Origin: Octopus sinensis
Taxonomy: Eukaryota
DNA: 64,000 bases
Assembly: GCF_006345805.1 (NCBI RefSeq)
Contig: NC_043009.1
Span: 30,256,001 to 30,320,000 of the forward strand
Direction: 5' to 3'
This document shows, one piece after another, positions 14,061 to 28,106 of the stretch; position 1 is the stretch's first letter, and each line of letters begins with the position of its first letter. Both the position numbers and the translations under genes were made by a program. The notes beneath the pieces are model-generated. The model saw only the letters and a list, made by a program, of their open reading frames with translations. It did not search any database and had not been told where the DNA came from.

Positions 14061-14428
14061 ACAAGTAGGAGACGAAGTGGTTGTGGTGGTGGTGAGGATG
14101 AAATATAACATCATGTATTAAGGTTATTTTCAAAGATTGTCAACCTCTGTACGTCATCTTCAACAGAGTTTACCTATGTAAACTTCACAAAGATTTATTG
14201 AGTCTATGGAGTGAACTGCTTCCTGATAGCATTCTCGTACTCTTTTAAGTGCTTCTTACAAATATTACATGTTCAAAGAACAAGTTTAAGATGTCTTAAT
14301 TGATGCTAACCAAATTCCGGATAGATCTCTATTTGCATGTACTTACATTCATGAATATAAAACGTGTATAAACATAAGCACAAATGAAGATGCACACAAA
14401 CACACATATCTATTTATACGTGTGTATG

Positions 14429-14483
<55 letters not shown>

Positions 14484-14718
14484 AAGTATGTGTGTATGAA
14501 TGAATATGTATGTATAAATGTATATACATACATACTTACATACATATAGCGATACATAAGCATGTATGCATAAGCATGTATGCATGCATATATAGTTTAG
14601 CATATAAACTCTACGAGACAGAAGGAGAGAAGGTCGACTTTTAACTCATCGCATCCCTTCTACTTTTCCTATAAGAGGTCGTGTACTTTTAGGTGCGTAA
14701 TAATAATAATAATGATGG

Positions 14719-14758
<40 letters not shown>

Positions 14759-14773
14759 AAAGATGATGATAAT

Positions 14774-14822
<49 letters not shown>

Positions 14823-14890
14823 TAATAATAATAATAAGTAATAACAAAAATTTACAACCATATTAGTTACATTAATAGTAATAACAAAAC

Positions 14891-14936
14891 ATGATCTTCT
14901 TCATGCTCAACACTACGGCTAGTGGTGCTACACATG

Positions 14937-15010
<74 letters not shown>

Positions 15011-15029
15011 ACTACTACTACTAGTAATT

Positions 15030-15069
<40 letters not shown>

Positions 15070-15964
15070 CAAACAAGAAATCATACCACCTAATAAACAT
15101 GAAGAAGAAGAAGAAGAAGATGAAGAAACAACAAAAGCTATAAAACAAATGAAATCCAAACTAAAAATAGAACAGCAACGAGCCATGATAAAACGATGGC
15201 AAGAAAAGCCCCTTCATGGTAAATACTGCACTAAACTAGACGCAAAAGAAATAGACAAAGAAAAATCCCAGCAATGGTTGAGAAGCTCAGGACTCAAAGC
15301 AGAAACAGAGGGATTTTTAATTGCAGCACAAGACCAAAGCCTCCCCACCAGAAGTTACCAAAAACATGTAATGAAAAGAAATATTACAAGTAACTGCAGA
15401 ATATGTGGAGATGGACAAGAAACAATAAATCATATTATCTCTAGCTGCCCAGTCCTGGCTAAGAAGGAATATATTCACAGACATGACAGAGTTGGAACCT
15501 ACATACATTGGAAGCTATGCCAACATTATGGAATAACAACAGAAAAAAGATGGTATAGGCACACACCAGAAAAGGTCACAGAAAACGAGAAAGCAACCAC
15601 ACTCTGGGATATGCCGATACACACAGATAGAGAAATTAAAGCCAACAGACCAGATATAGTTGTCAGAGACCATGAAGAAAAAAAATGCTTTCTAATTGAT
15701 GTATCAATACCGGCTGATGACAACGTGTCTCTAAAAGAAATGGAGAAACTCTCAAAATACAAAGACCTGGAAATAGAGGTAACTAGAATGTGGAATCTGA
15801 AAACAGAAACAATTCCTATCATAGTAGGTGCATTAGGCATGATAAAAAAATATTCAGACAAATACATAACAAAACCACCAGGACTTACAAACACATATAA
15901 CATACAGAAAATTGCACTACTAGGCACTGCACACATCCTACGCAGAACACTTTCCATACAATAA
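14891..15964 (+). CDS. Open frame: microsatellite-derived N-terminus fused to the C-terminal CCHC knuckle and restriction-like endonuclease of an R4/Dong LINE (5'-truncated, no RT)
   Basis: LHGKY, ETEGFLIAAQDQSLPT, CRIC..ETINHIISSC, RHD, RPDIVV..LIDVSIP..EKLSKY, QKIALLGTAHILR; uninterrupted frame. Confidence 0.6.
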
Positions 15965-16061
15965 CCATCAGAGCATCACAACAAACCACAGCACATACCC
16001 AAGGCACACAGAGCTGCGCTCGGTAGTGAAGTGAAAGCATGCTATAAAAATAAAACTACTG
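15067..16061 (+). mobile_element. Young 5'-truncated R4/Dong-clade non-LTR retrotransposon inserted in (TAA)n
   Basis: Intact RLE-domain frame, ~97-bp 3' UTR, (TAA)n on both flanks (15031-15066 and 16062-16086). Confidence 0.92.
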
Positions 16062-16196
16062 AATAATAATAATAATAATAATAATAACGTTTTCTGATTA
16101 GGTCAGCAAACTGGAAAGGAAAACTAAGGAACGAAGAAGAAGAAGAAGAAGAAGAAGAAGAGAAGAAGAAGAAGAAGAAGAAGAAGATAGATGATA

Positions 16197-16244
<48 letters not shown>

Positions 16245-17024
16245 GTGATAATTATCAACATCATCATCATCATTGTCAATTTGATAATATGGGAGAGTGT
16301 GTGTAGGTGTAAAATGCGAGTGATGTGCAGAAGTTCTCTGAGTGATGATGGTGTACTGTGTTACCTCTTGTCTTTGTTCATTCCTGGGAGCAGAATTTCA
16401 ATACTTATTGATCGATACACTGAAGTGATTGCAACATTATCATCAAATAAACTGTGACAGAAAGTACGTGAGGAAGAAACTGAGAGATGAAGAAAGAAAT
16501 TGTAAATAGATTGAGAATAGATTGAGATTGTAAATCGAGTAAAAGAGACGTGCTATACAAGAAAATATAACGAGAATAAATAGGAGTGGGAAAGAAACAA
16601 TTTAAGAAAAATAGAGTGAAAGAGATACTGTGACGAATGAAAAGGAAATACGAACGAGATAATGAAGGGCAGAGAGGGATAGAGAGGGGGAGGAAAGAAA
16701 GAGAGACTGTGATAGAAAGAAAGAACCTGAATCTGGTGAAAGACTAATTGTAAGCGTATTGGAAACGAATTTTATTGGTGACGATATTTAGAGAAGTGGA
16801 GAGGAAGAATGAAGATGAAGAACACAATTAAAACACCAAGGAAGGTGAAAATAGAAGAAAGAGTGAAGGAGTGAAATGAAAATGTATGAAAGAAAGCTGA
16901 AAGAATGTAAAGGAATAATTTAAAGAATGGATATTTTGAGGAAGAAACTGAGGACAAGAAAGGAAATTTCATTCAGCGTGTCTTGAATGAACTTGGAGTA
17001 AAAGACAAGAAATACAAGAAATAT

Positions 17025-17392
17025 TTGTTTCATCGACCCCACTGCTTAACTTGACCCCGAGTGGAATGAACGGTAAAATCGATGTCGATAGAATTAGAGC
17101 TAGAAAGTAAAGACGGACGAAAGGCTGGTAACCATTTTGTCCAACGCTATAAAATTTCTGCCAGCTTGCCGCCTCAAATGTTACAATCATTGGTTTGGAA
17201 TATAGTATTTAAATAGAAGAAATATTCTTTTCTATTCTAGGCACAAGGCTCGAATTTTGTGGGGAGGGGCCAGTCGATTTATCGACCCCGAAAGATTGAA
17301 AGGCAAAGTCGATCTCAGCGAAATTTGAACTCAGAGCCTAACGACAGACGAAATACCGACAAGCATTTCGTCCGGCGTGCTAACGTTTCTGT
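17025..17392 (-). mobile_element. Two adjacent family-A SINE copies
   Basis: TCGACCCCGAAAG..GAAAGGCAAAGTCGA..ATTTGAACTCAGA..AAGCATTTCGTCCGGCGTGCTAACG. Confidence 0.8.
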
Positions 17393-17514
17393 AAATATGA
17401 AAATATTGAAAAGCGTAAATTCACAAATTTAATCCAGTAAATTTCTAGTCACCAATACACGCGCAAACACACACATAAATGCATACACACACAAATAGAT
17501 ATATGTACTCACAC

Positions 17515-17869
17515 TATCTTTCTATCTATCCGCTCAGTCGAAGTCGACTCTCGGTTACTCGTTGGATCAGTGTCCTCCAGTCAGTTCTATCCTGGGCCGC
17601 TTCTTTCAGATTGGCTATGTCCATTCCGGTATCGCTCTTGATGGTGTCAAGCCAGCGGGTTCTTGGTCGGCCTCTTCCTCTCTTGTCACTGACCATTCCG
17701 AGCATGATGTCCTTCTCCAGGGATTTTCTCCGCCTAATATGACCGAAATATGCCAATCTATGCTTGGTGATTCTAGCTTCTAGCGACATTTTCGGCCTGA
17801 TCTGCTTAAGAACTTCTCCATTGGTGAGCCCCGCTGTCCATGGAATCCGTAAAAGTCTTCTCCAACATC
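17515..17869 (-). mobile_element. 5'-truncated RTE/BovB-like LINE with 12-bp TSD and (TAGA)n-like tail
   Basis: Open frame CWRRLLRIPWTA..YFGHIRRRKSLEKDIMLG..RGRGRPRTRWLD..AQDRTDWR; TSD ATGTACTCACAC at 17503-17514 and 17870-17881. Confidence 0.92.
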
Positions 17870-17899
17870 ATGTACTCACACAGGCACTCTGAAATCAGT

Positions 17900-20160
17900 A
17901 ATCAATAAGATAGTGTTTCGAATTCTTTAAAGATTCTACAGTAACTCTGGCTCCTTTTTGCACACAACAATCTCTCAGCTCAGAAGCTAGAAGTCGCCTT
18001 GAATAGAAAGCTTCTGGGCGTCCTGATTGGTATCGTGTGGCGTCATTGGCATCGTCTAAAGTAGTGGTTCCCAACCTTTTTTACCTATAGATCCCTTTGA
18101 CTACTATTTTATTCTGGTGGACCCCCAAATCAATTCAATGTTTAAAAACTAGTTTTATAGGGACTTCTTTCAAAATTCCTATTCTGTTTGTCACGCATTA
18201 ATTTGTGTAGGTTGCACTATGCAAAATGTTAGGGGGAAAAAACCTAGTTGTTTTTTGCAATACATACATCTAAAGCAAAATGTTTTTCACGGGTTCTAAA
18301 AATACTATTGTGGATCCCCAGTTTACTATTTTGTTGCGTAGACCCCAAGTCTTAAATGGACCTTCAGGAACCATTTAAACCCCGGTTGAGAGACTCTGGT
18401 CTAAAGCATTGGTCTCAGCAAATGGCACAACAGGATCAATAGCGTTCACGGCACTGTCGGTAATGTGCTGCTTTAAACTCTCTAAAGCTTTCATTGCTGA
18501 AGAGGAACATGGTAATAACTGATGGACGGGTTTCTCAGAGATTGTCGGTATCAAACCTGAGTAGTAAGCGAACATATCCATTGCACACTTTAGTAAAGTC
18601 ATGTAATCCAGTTGAGGAACGTCTTCTTGTGCTCACACATGTTCTGAATCTACTCTAAGCAACCCCATACATTTAGAAGACATTGTACAGTTTTATTTTC
18701 TTAATGAATAGTATTTGCTTGCTGCTTTTAAGAACCTCATGTTGGACAATCTGGTTATGATCACAAACAGTTATATTGTAGATATATGCAAAAATGACCC
18801 GTCAGTTCTTTTTCAATTGTCGTCAAGTACACATTAAATGTTAGCAACACCGTTAGTAATTCCAAATGCTTCAAATGCAGTAAAAGGTTAGTCTCCTTTT
18901 ATCTGCATTTAATGGTAATTCTTAGTAGGTTTAGTATACTGAAGACATCATACTGTACCATTTCTACGACCATCCCAATACTTTGTAGAGAAGTTTAAAA
19001 CACTATAGAACAGTTTATTGTCTGTGACGAATCGAGGACCAATAACTTGTTATGGTTATCACCAGATATAGCCAACACCTAAGACCTTCAAGAAAATGAC
19101 TTAGTAGTTTTAGTAATACCCTCCTTTAAAAACTATGAATTTCTGCTCATTCAGAGAATGTCAATTCGATATGTCAGCTATGGGTTTGCAATCATTTATG
19201 AGTTTAGCAAATAGAAAAAAAAGGAGTAACACTGAAACATTTGTGAGACCACTTGACAGTCGTGCCAAGCGAAATTTTGAAAGAAGAGAAGTACTTAATG
19301 TAGATTTGTCCCAGGAGGACATCACAACAAACATTTAGGGTAACAGAGAATGTGACGCAATCACAATAATCATTCGAAAATCCCACAATGCTTTTGTACA
19401 CTCCAATTACCTTAGGAATAAGAGATGTAGTTTTCAATGAGACCTAAGCACGTGTAGAATTTAGCTATGTGTCCACGGATGTCTTGGCTTTTCTTCTATT
19501 TATTCTAATATCCATAATACCACATGTCAAACAGTGAGATGATGCAACAGAAAGCGCCGCTACTGTGGATACTGCTGAAGATGTAGATTGAGGAGATCCG
19601 CTCTCCTTAGTGTGATGTCTCTCGTTTATACAAATTATTACATAACACCTCAATCACAGAACATTTTGATCAAGACTACTTTTTGAACCGAGGAAACATT
19701 ACGGCATAACTGTTGAGGGTGAGATTGGATACATACAACTATAATATTCCTGATGAGATTTTGGAGAGTCAGCCATAGGTGCATTGAAAGAGGCTGTGTA
19801 AGAGATGCGAAGTGACTTTCAGCCATTTGCAGAGTATATATTTGATTGTAGGCCGTGTACAGAATCTAGAATTTATTTTCAAGTAAACGCTGTCTTTTAA
19901 GCGAGGAAGGAAGTCAATTATACAACCATCCTTGTATTGCTCAGCACTTACAACCTTAAATTTACGATCCTTTAGTCTTTGTAAATATTTGGCTGGTGGT
20001 TCGTTAGACTCTTGTCTGCAGCAGCCCAAACATGCCATGTATATATTTTATTCTGCACAATCTGTAAGTTAGCGACACCACATTAAGTTGAAAACTAGAA
20101 TTTGAACTCTTAAAAGCGAAAGATAAACTATTTTGCTCTGTTACTTCAACATTTCTTCCA
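17900..20160 (-). mobile_element. Decayed Ty3/Gypsy gag-pol remnant (RT, RNase H), interrupted by a hAT MITE
   Basis: RNase H-like ETNALD|..QSGRPEAFYSRRL..E; RT-like TAFEAFGITNGVA, MFAYYS; gag-like RQESNE..YLQRLK. Boundaries approximate. Confidence 0.75.
18062..18398. mobile_element. hAT (Charlie-like) non-autonomous DNA transposon
   Basis: Imperfect TIRs TAGTGGTTCCCAACC / GGTTGAGAGACTCTG; 8-bp TSD GTCTAAAG at 18054-18061 and 18399-18406. Confidence 0.85.
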
Positions 20161-22089
20161 GCTGACTATGTTTCAGAAATCTTGTCATATTTTTAAATTA
20201 CATTAAAAACAAGGCTAAAAACAAAATACAACTGAAACTCCATTCCACACTGCTACTATTCCTCCCACAATTTCTTTGCTTATTCGATTGCGATTTAACA
20301 ATAATGATAATGACTGGCTGTCAAGTTTGACAGCTGTTGGAGAGACAAGAATCTCTTATGTCTTTCGTATGGCATAAAGGGGCTCATGCTCGCTGCTCAG
20401 CCTTGCTTCATACCACATGGCCGTTTATTATATCAACTCATGTCACTTAATTTCTCTTTTATTGATGAGCGGTGTGTGTACAAAGCGCTATATGTATATA
20501 TGCATGAGTCTCTAGAGATCCAATCTGCGTATATATCTACTTATGAGTAACTCTCTTCTCCTCTCTCTCTTTCTCTCTCTGTGCACACACACACATGCAC
20601 ACATATGTATGGATGGATTTGTCACAACATGACTCACAATTTATGTGTAGGCATCTTTGTGTATTGTGTTACGTACAGATAGATGCGTTTAAAGATGGGC
20701 ATTTGAACAGGCTTATGTATCTGCGAATATTCACATATGTGTCTGTACGTATGTATGTGTGTGTGTATGTGTGAGAGTACGTACACGTGTGTTTGAGTGT
20801 GTGTCTGCGTGAATGCGTATATTTGTCCATGTATGATTTTGTACAAACTCGTTATGATATGCATGTGTGATGGTGCAAGAGTTTGTTCTTTTTCCGCTTT
20901 ACAAACGTATGAGTGAGTAGGAAAGCATACAAGTTGCCTTACGTGTATGTATATGTGTATACACACGCACACACATGCATACACTCATAGAGAGGGAGGG
21001 TGTGAGGGAAAGAGAGGGTGAGGGAAAGATAGGGGAGAGTGAAATTTGTATAATCTATGTATATATATATATATATATATATGTTTATGCCTGTTCGTGT
21101 GTATGAGGTTATATTAATATATCTGTGTATTTATGTATATATGTGTGTGTGTTGTGTGTGTATATATGTATGTATGTATCTGTTTGTATGTATGTATTTA
21201 TGTTTGTATGTATGCATCTATCATCTTGATTTGTGTTTTGTGTATATACATATATGTGTGTGTGTGTGTGTGTGTATGTGCGTGTGTATGTATGTGTGTG
21301 TATGTGTGTGTGTGTGTGTGTGCTGCAAATCATACAAAGAGTAAAATGAAATTCTATCAGTTTCAAACTAAATTTAAAATCAAAACCATCCTAAAATATA
21401 TAAAATTGGAAGAAAACGCAATTTTCAAATTGTATGAAATTTCATCGTAAGTTGTACACTTTACCTCGATATTTTTGCTTCTTTTTGTCCATATTTTTAT
21501 TACTTTATTAAATTTCAGTAATTTAAATACTTGGAATGAATCAAATCAGACGTACCATCTTTAGATTGGAATGACCAGACATTTCAGTGTTTCAGCATAT
21601 GGATATTTGTGTGGTGAACGTATATTGTTTTTTTGTGTATATCGTTACATGTGTTAGCGTTTCTGACACCGAGTGTGTATGTACGCGAGCGTGTTTTTGT
21701 GTAGGTAATGGCGTCTTTTTGTCCCTAAAGGATAGCGTGAATGAATGTGAATGTATAAAATATATTTGTAAATATAACTGTGTATCATGTTAAATGTTTT
21801 AATACGCCTTGTTCCCATTGAAATACGAAAGGATGGAATGTTTCTTACACAATGTGAATGCGTGTGTATGTATACACAAACACACACACACACACACACA
21901 CACACGTATGTATTATATATATATATATCATATAATATCTATATCTATTGCTATCTATCTAGCTATCCGTGTATCTGTGGATGTATAAATGGATGGCTCT
22001 ATGCATGTATCTATCCCTCTATCTATATGTGTATGTGTGTGTTTATATATATATGGATGCCTCGCGCTCGATTAAATAATAAATAATAT

Positions 22090-22179
<90 letters not shown>

Positions 22180-22182
<3 letters not shown>

Positions 22183-22470
22183 AGGACGTCACCAAGGTGA
22201 AATAGTAAATAGTGAGAAATAGTTAATACAGAGAAAGGACCCTTCATCAGATGTCGGCTGTCTATTTACTCCTCATTTCCAACATTCAACGACAATATGA
22301 GTCTTCATAGTTGCTCCCATGAAATCTAAAACAAAATTTAGTATTTATGGAGGGTCAAAGTTGGGAACAAAAGAAAATGACAGAGGAGACATACAAGTAA
22401 ACCGAACGTAAACAAGCATGAAGAGTAAAATAGTGAACGCTGGGAGAAAGGGGTAACGAAGAGAGGAATA
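22180..22470. repeat. Microsatellite-embedded interspersed repeat, possibly Penelope pLTR-derived
   Basis: Shares GACCCTTCA(T/C)CAG..GT(C/T)GGCTGT with 55000-55150; both follow (TA)/(TG) tracts. Confidence 0.5.
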
Positions 22471-22877
22471 TATAAAGCGAGACACTGAAGAAGGAAAGAA
22501 AATATGTACGAGTGAATAGTATTAAAAGAAAATGGAATGGTTTTGTCTACATAAAATATCTAAAGATAACTGATGAACACTTCTATTCATTTTCTTTCTC
22601 TACCCTGCTGCATACATATCCATTCTCCTCACTTAGGAAAAGACTTACAGTTTTAACTACATATATTTCGAAATATTTCCATCAATGTCGCCATAGTTTT
22701 GAAATGCGTTAACTGACGAGAGTTTACGTAATGCTTGCTTTTCCTATTACATATTACGTAAACCTGAAACGAACGAATTAAATGACTTCGAAATATTAGT
22801 ATTATTTTACTTCAATAACATAATTACACACACATACACACACACATACACACACACACTGTATATATGCATGCAAT

Positions 22878-23545
22878 GAAGGTGCGTAAGTGGCTAGAGA
22901 ATTCAAGATTGTAAGGTCGTATTTCGATACCTGTTGGCGCGTTGTGTCCTTCGACAAGACATTTTATCTCACAATGCTCCAGTCCCTCCAGTTAGCAAAA
23001 ATGAGTTGTACCTGTATTTAACAAGGTCAGCGTTGTCACATTGTGTGACACGCTGAATATCCCTGATAGCTACATTAAATGTGTCTGTGGAATTCTCACC
23101 CACTTGCAAGTTAATTCCATGAGAAGAGTTTTCCAGGAACAGGATGTTCCGTGTGGTAAGAAGATAGCTTTCCAACCATATGGTTCCGTGGTCAGTCCCA
23201 CAGCGTGGCATTTTTGGTGTTCTATTAGAGCCTTGAACCAACTAAAGCTTTGTAAATGGATTTAGTAGACGGAAACTGAGAGAAACCTGTGCTCTGTGTG
23301 TGTGTATTTCTCTGTGTTGTGTATTTGTGCGTGCGTGCGTGCGTACGTGTGTGTGTCTTTGTGTCTGTGTTTGTCAACCGGTGTTTGTGTCTTTACGTCC
23401 CCATAATTTAACGGCAAAACAGTCCGCTAGAATAAGTACAAGGATTAAAAACAATAACTGATGGGAGTCGACTGAGGAAAACTTTCAAGGCGGTGCTCCA
23501 GCATGAGCGCAGTCAATGGACTGAAACAAGTAAACGATGAAAGAT
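22878..23545 (+). mobile_element. Degenerate tRNA-SINE followed by a family-B SINE
   Basis: Head with TTCGATACC B-box-like motif and GTGTCCTT..CAAGACA core; family-B body and 3' tail GGCGGTGCTCCAGCATG..CTGAAACAAGTAAA. Confidence 0.75.
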
Positions 23546-24519
23546 ATATTATATGTAATCACGTGTTGCAATATGTTCGTACGTATGTTCATACGTATGA
23601 GTGTATGTGTGTCCGACATGTGTGTATAATTTAGTTGGTATGGAAGATAAGTGTAATCTATGAACTGACAGTACGAACAAGAAATAAAATTGTCGTAGTG
23701 TTCGCAATGCCTTCATCGTTTACTTATATGTCTTTGTCTTTTTGACAATGCATCTTTTTTCTGCTTTATATATATGTGTTGGTTAGACAGATTATGTCTG
23801 TAGATAATGCATTTTAAATTGTATCTGTATCCGCCAATTACAAATATAGAATTATTTATGAGACATAGTTAGGTGAGTCAGTAGGATTCAAGATTAAATG
23901 TTGAGCTCCGACTGATTCTTATCATGCCGGCAGCTCTCTGAGTGATCCATCATCAGCCTACTTGAGCTTACTGTTACAGTCTGTCTAGCTTTTGAAACAT
24001 CGCACTTGCGAGATTTACCACAACGTATCCATAGTCCAAGCACATAGCTGTTAAATGCTAACAAACTATCCCACAAGCATTTATATATTGTTCACTGTAA
24101 GCGGGCCATCATCGATGCAAATGAACGTCAAATGTTGATGACTTACTAGAACAGATTACGGAGTTTAGTTGACCAACTGATGTTATTATTTAATGACTTG
24201 TAGATACGTGGTATTTCGTTATGCAACGATAATATACCATAAAGTTTATTAAATGGTTTTATAAGTTAATATCACGTTCTACTGCGGTAGCAGTGCTCTT
24301 TACATTATTGTTAAGGTTATTTCTACATATATTCTATATCAATTTTAGCCAGCACAGATTTTTGTTATAATCACATTTTTCATTTTCGATTTCATTTTTT
24401 CTTTACATCTGACGTCTCGTATATGAAATGTAGTAGCAAAAATCAGCGCTGGCCATACTTTCTATGGAATATCTGTAGAGACAACCTTAACAATAAGTAT
24501 TATTTAGTTTTCTATTGGA

Positions 24520-24945
24520 ATTGTTAGCCCGCCGTACAAGAATGCTTAGCGGCATTTCGTCCGTCTATTCGTTTTGAGCCCAAACTCCCCCAAAATCGAC
24601 TTTTCCTTTCATCCTTACAGCCTTAATAAAATACGTATTAGTCGAATACTGAGTTCGATATATTCGACTTCCCCCTCCTCTCAAAACTCCTGGCTCTGTA
24701 CTAACAATGGAAGCCGTTATTTCGTATTCCAGTTCGAGCGTTGGTTATGTGTATCGTTAGAGCGTCGACAAAATGATTTGTGGCTTGTATTTGTTGCAGT
24801 GCTTTATGCTATGCGCTCAAAATCGACAGATATCTATTTTGCCTTTCATTCCTCCGTTTTTGACAAAATAATGTCCTCTTCAATCACCAGGGTGGATGTA
24901 ATCGACTAATTGCTGGTCTTGTGTCGAAATCAGAAACCATTATTT
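24520..24945 (+). mobile_element. Two degenerate family-A SINEs
   Basis: ATGCTTAGCGGCATTTCGTCCGTC, GCCTTTCATTCC, GATGTAATCGACT. Confidence 0.7.
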
Positions 24946-25279
24946 TATAGTCCTGTTTCCAAGATAACTTGAAGATCTCGATAAGAGAAACGAATTTGTT
25001 CCACCAAGCAGACTTGGTCTATATTCATTGTTAAAACACTCAGTCTACGAGTTAGTGTTTTATAGTAATTGTAGAAATTTAGGTTTTGGATGTTGGCAGT
25101 ACATTTATTTTCACTACGCTTTTAAATTCATTATTTATTGTATTACTAAGGATACTGTCTATAACCAATGTATCTTTCTCGGGATGTTGTGACTAATATA
25201 GATAATGCTTAGTCTCACCACTTTGCAGTCAATGTCTGCAGTTAGATATTGTGAAGGGAGATAATTCTACAGTACTAAA

Positions 25280-25760
25280 ATAGCAAAAGAAAAACAGATA
25301 TATTATTTACACAGGAATCTGTAATGTGAGAAATAGTTGGTGACAAAAGTCGCCAAGCCAAGCGGACTTGGAGAGAAGTTATGTACAAATTATTCAAGGT
25401 AAAGCAGGTAACAAAAATGGTCGAGAGAAGAAAACGATTGTGTATCCTACAATTCTCTTTGACAATCAATAATATAGAACCATTTTTGTTTGAGGCAGTT
25501 GCTGTGTCTGGTATATATGGCATTTGATCTTTAAATTGGACTGAAATTACACAAGAATGAAATACTTTGCTTATGTCAAGAGAAATATTACTTCCGTCAA
25601 ATTTCTCAACAGTAAATGGAGATAGGTCATTGGGTTGCAACTGATAAATATTTCCTACAGAATACTTAGTTTTAATATCCTTGAAAGTCTGGAATCGCTA
25701 ACCATGGGTCACTAGTTGTGAAATTAACAATGGTTATCATTCATGAAGGTCATACTGCTG
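25280..25760 (-). mobile_element. Very old LINE RT fragment
   Basis: SLDISKVFH resembles the RT motif xLDISKAFD; otherwise degraded. Confidence 0.35.
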
Positions 25761-28106
25761 GGTTTTTGATGTCTATAGCATGGCATTTCTCTAGATTCTT
25801 CTAGAGAAGTATTAATGTTTCGGTAGAATACAAAATTGTTTCGGGTGTTCAGTGCAAATAATCGCTACTGTGACCCTTGAAGAGTGTGAGCTATGCAACG
25901 GCTTGTGTTTCATTGCTACTTTATTTGTGGTTATGAATTAAAAATTGAGAAATGCTTGGATCAAAGATATTTTATGGTTTGTTGTATGTATTATATTTGT
26001 GAGTGTGCGTTCAGAATATGTGGACACGTGTTTATCTGAATAAGCAAGTATGTTTTACCATCAGAGATCCCGACTCCGTGAAATCAGGGACCCGTGTTTT
26101 TACCATAGTTGTCGTTCACATTTTTACAGTGACAAGGGATGGGACCTTTACGTGAGCCCAACAATTTAGCTTAGCATCGAGTAACCGGCAACTGTATGCA
26201 GTCTATTCAGATGAGCTGCATGTGTAATTGAAAAGGTAGTCTTTTCGTGCATTGTTTTATGCTAATTTCTACCTGGGAACTTGAGAATTGCTTTTAAAAG
26301 AGAAATGTCTAATATCTGTGGAAGACTCAGGGATGAGCACACTCATTCAATGAATATGATTATCTGAATACTCACCGCCGAAACCGACGGAGGATATATG
26401 GTTAACGTCCGTATATTGATATTCTGCCGGTTCATATCGGTAATATATCGATGCTGTATTAATGATGTGCATTAATATAGTAATGTCCATTTCTATGTTT
26501 GCATATCTGTTCAAAGGTGTGAAATTAATTATACAAAAAGCCTATCTCTACACCGAGCGTGTTTGTATGTGTGTATCAATATGCCACTTTGCTTTTACTT
26601 ACTGTGAGTATATTGCATCTATGTGAAGTTTGGAACTGAAATATTAAAACTGAAATGTAATTAACGAACCTCTCATTAGTGATAATGGGTTTATAAGTAA
26701 AGACCGACATAGAGAAGCCATAATTGAGTAGAATGCAACAGAAAATGACAATATGAAGAGCAGAAGCCACTTTCAAATAATGAATATTTATTTTAAAATA
26801 GCATTAATAAGAACAACATCAATGACCATAAACTATCACTTTATTTATCACAACGAATTTTACATGATTATTAATTTCACAAAGACTCGCGCACACAAAC
26901 ACAGAGCCGATGTCTGTAGGAGTGGCTAAGTGTTACTGGAATTCATTCCATTATGTTAATTACGTTAATTATATGAATTCATTGATTGAAGGATAAAGTT
27001 TAACATAACCTTGGTGGGATATAAATTTGCGCAAGCCAAATAAATTAAAAGGATTTCTTTAATTTCATATACTTATAACTTGCTCAGTAGAGATTGTCAA
27101 GATACCTAATGAAATATTGGTGTAAATTAGAGTTAAACACGGGAATTCACGTACACAACGCAACGCATTTAAATGGTACGCCAATGAATGGAGGAATTTG
27201 GCAAATGTACTAGTGCTGATTAAACAAGCCAAATTAATAAGGTTCCAGGCTAGAAGAATATCATTTGTAGGTTTGACGCGTGTTAAAAGTACAATTCAGT
27301 GTTTCAACGGTATTTCGCTTGCAATGAGTCTATTTAAATGAAATTAGTTATTTTCTGGTTGTTCCATTCACATCTACAATCATGAAGATTAATATTCAGT
27401 TTCCGATTTTAAAAAAGAGCTATTTGCCTTATAATACATATGTTGAGCTGGCGAACAGCCTTGTAGCTATTGTATTGACTACAAGACACAGGAAAAGTAA
27501 AAGTCGCCCTGCTGAGACTTGAACTCGGAATATGGATGGATAACAGTCTTCGTGGTAAAAATATTTACCACTTCTAGCAATTCACTGCCTCTCAAATTGT
27601 TCACTGATATTATTCACTTACGTTTGTAATCGTCTGATTTTAGCGAGACAAATCTCCATCGAAAATGTTAAATGTCAGTTTCCCAGTCTTTAAGAAATGA
27701 GCTTTCCTTATTATAAGCTCTCTTTATAATTATTCAAGCTTGGGAATGAAGTCAAATTGCAGGAATCATAAGACTTTCAGTAGGTTAGAATTAGCAGTAA
27801 CAATAGGGAAAGTTTAACAATCAGTTCTATAATTATATTGACTGTAATGATCGGTTATCCACATAACGATCAGAGGTAGAATCATTCTATCTAAATATAA
27901 TATAAGGTTTAAATCATTGCATTTCTTCTTTTCATTGTTTCTGATGTCAATATATTATATCCGGTGTTATTCTGTGCCATATCCACAGTTTGGCGCTGTA
28001 GCATGTATGGTACCCAAACTCACCGTGTTTCGCCGTATTTTTTATTACAATTTCGGTATTATATATTACATATTACTTAATAATTGATACAGCAGAATAG
28101 ACTATA

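Noticed and set aside
15526-15957. 143-aa minus-strand ORF
   Set aside because: Antisense shadow of the Dong endonuclease frame
22235-22295. CTGATGA and GAAA on the minus strand (possible HHR)
   Set aside because: I could not build convincing stems I-III by eye; kept only as a repeat
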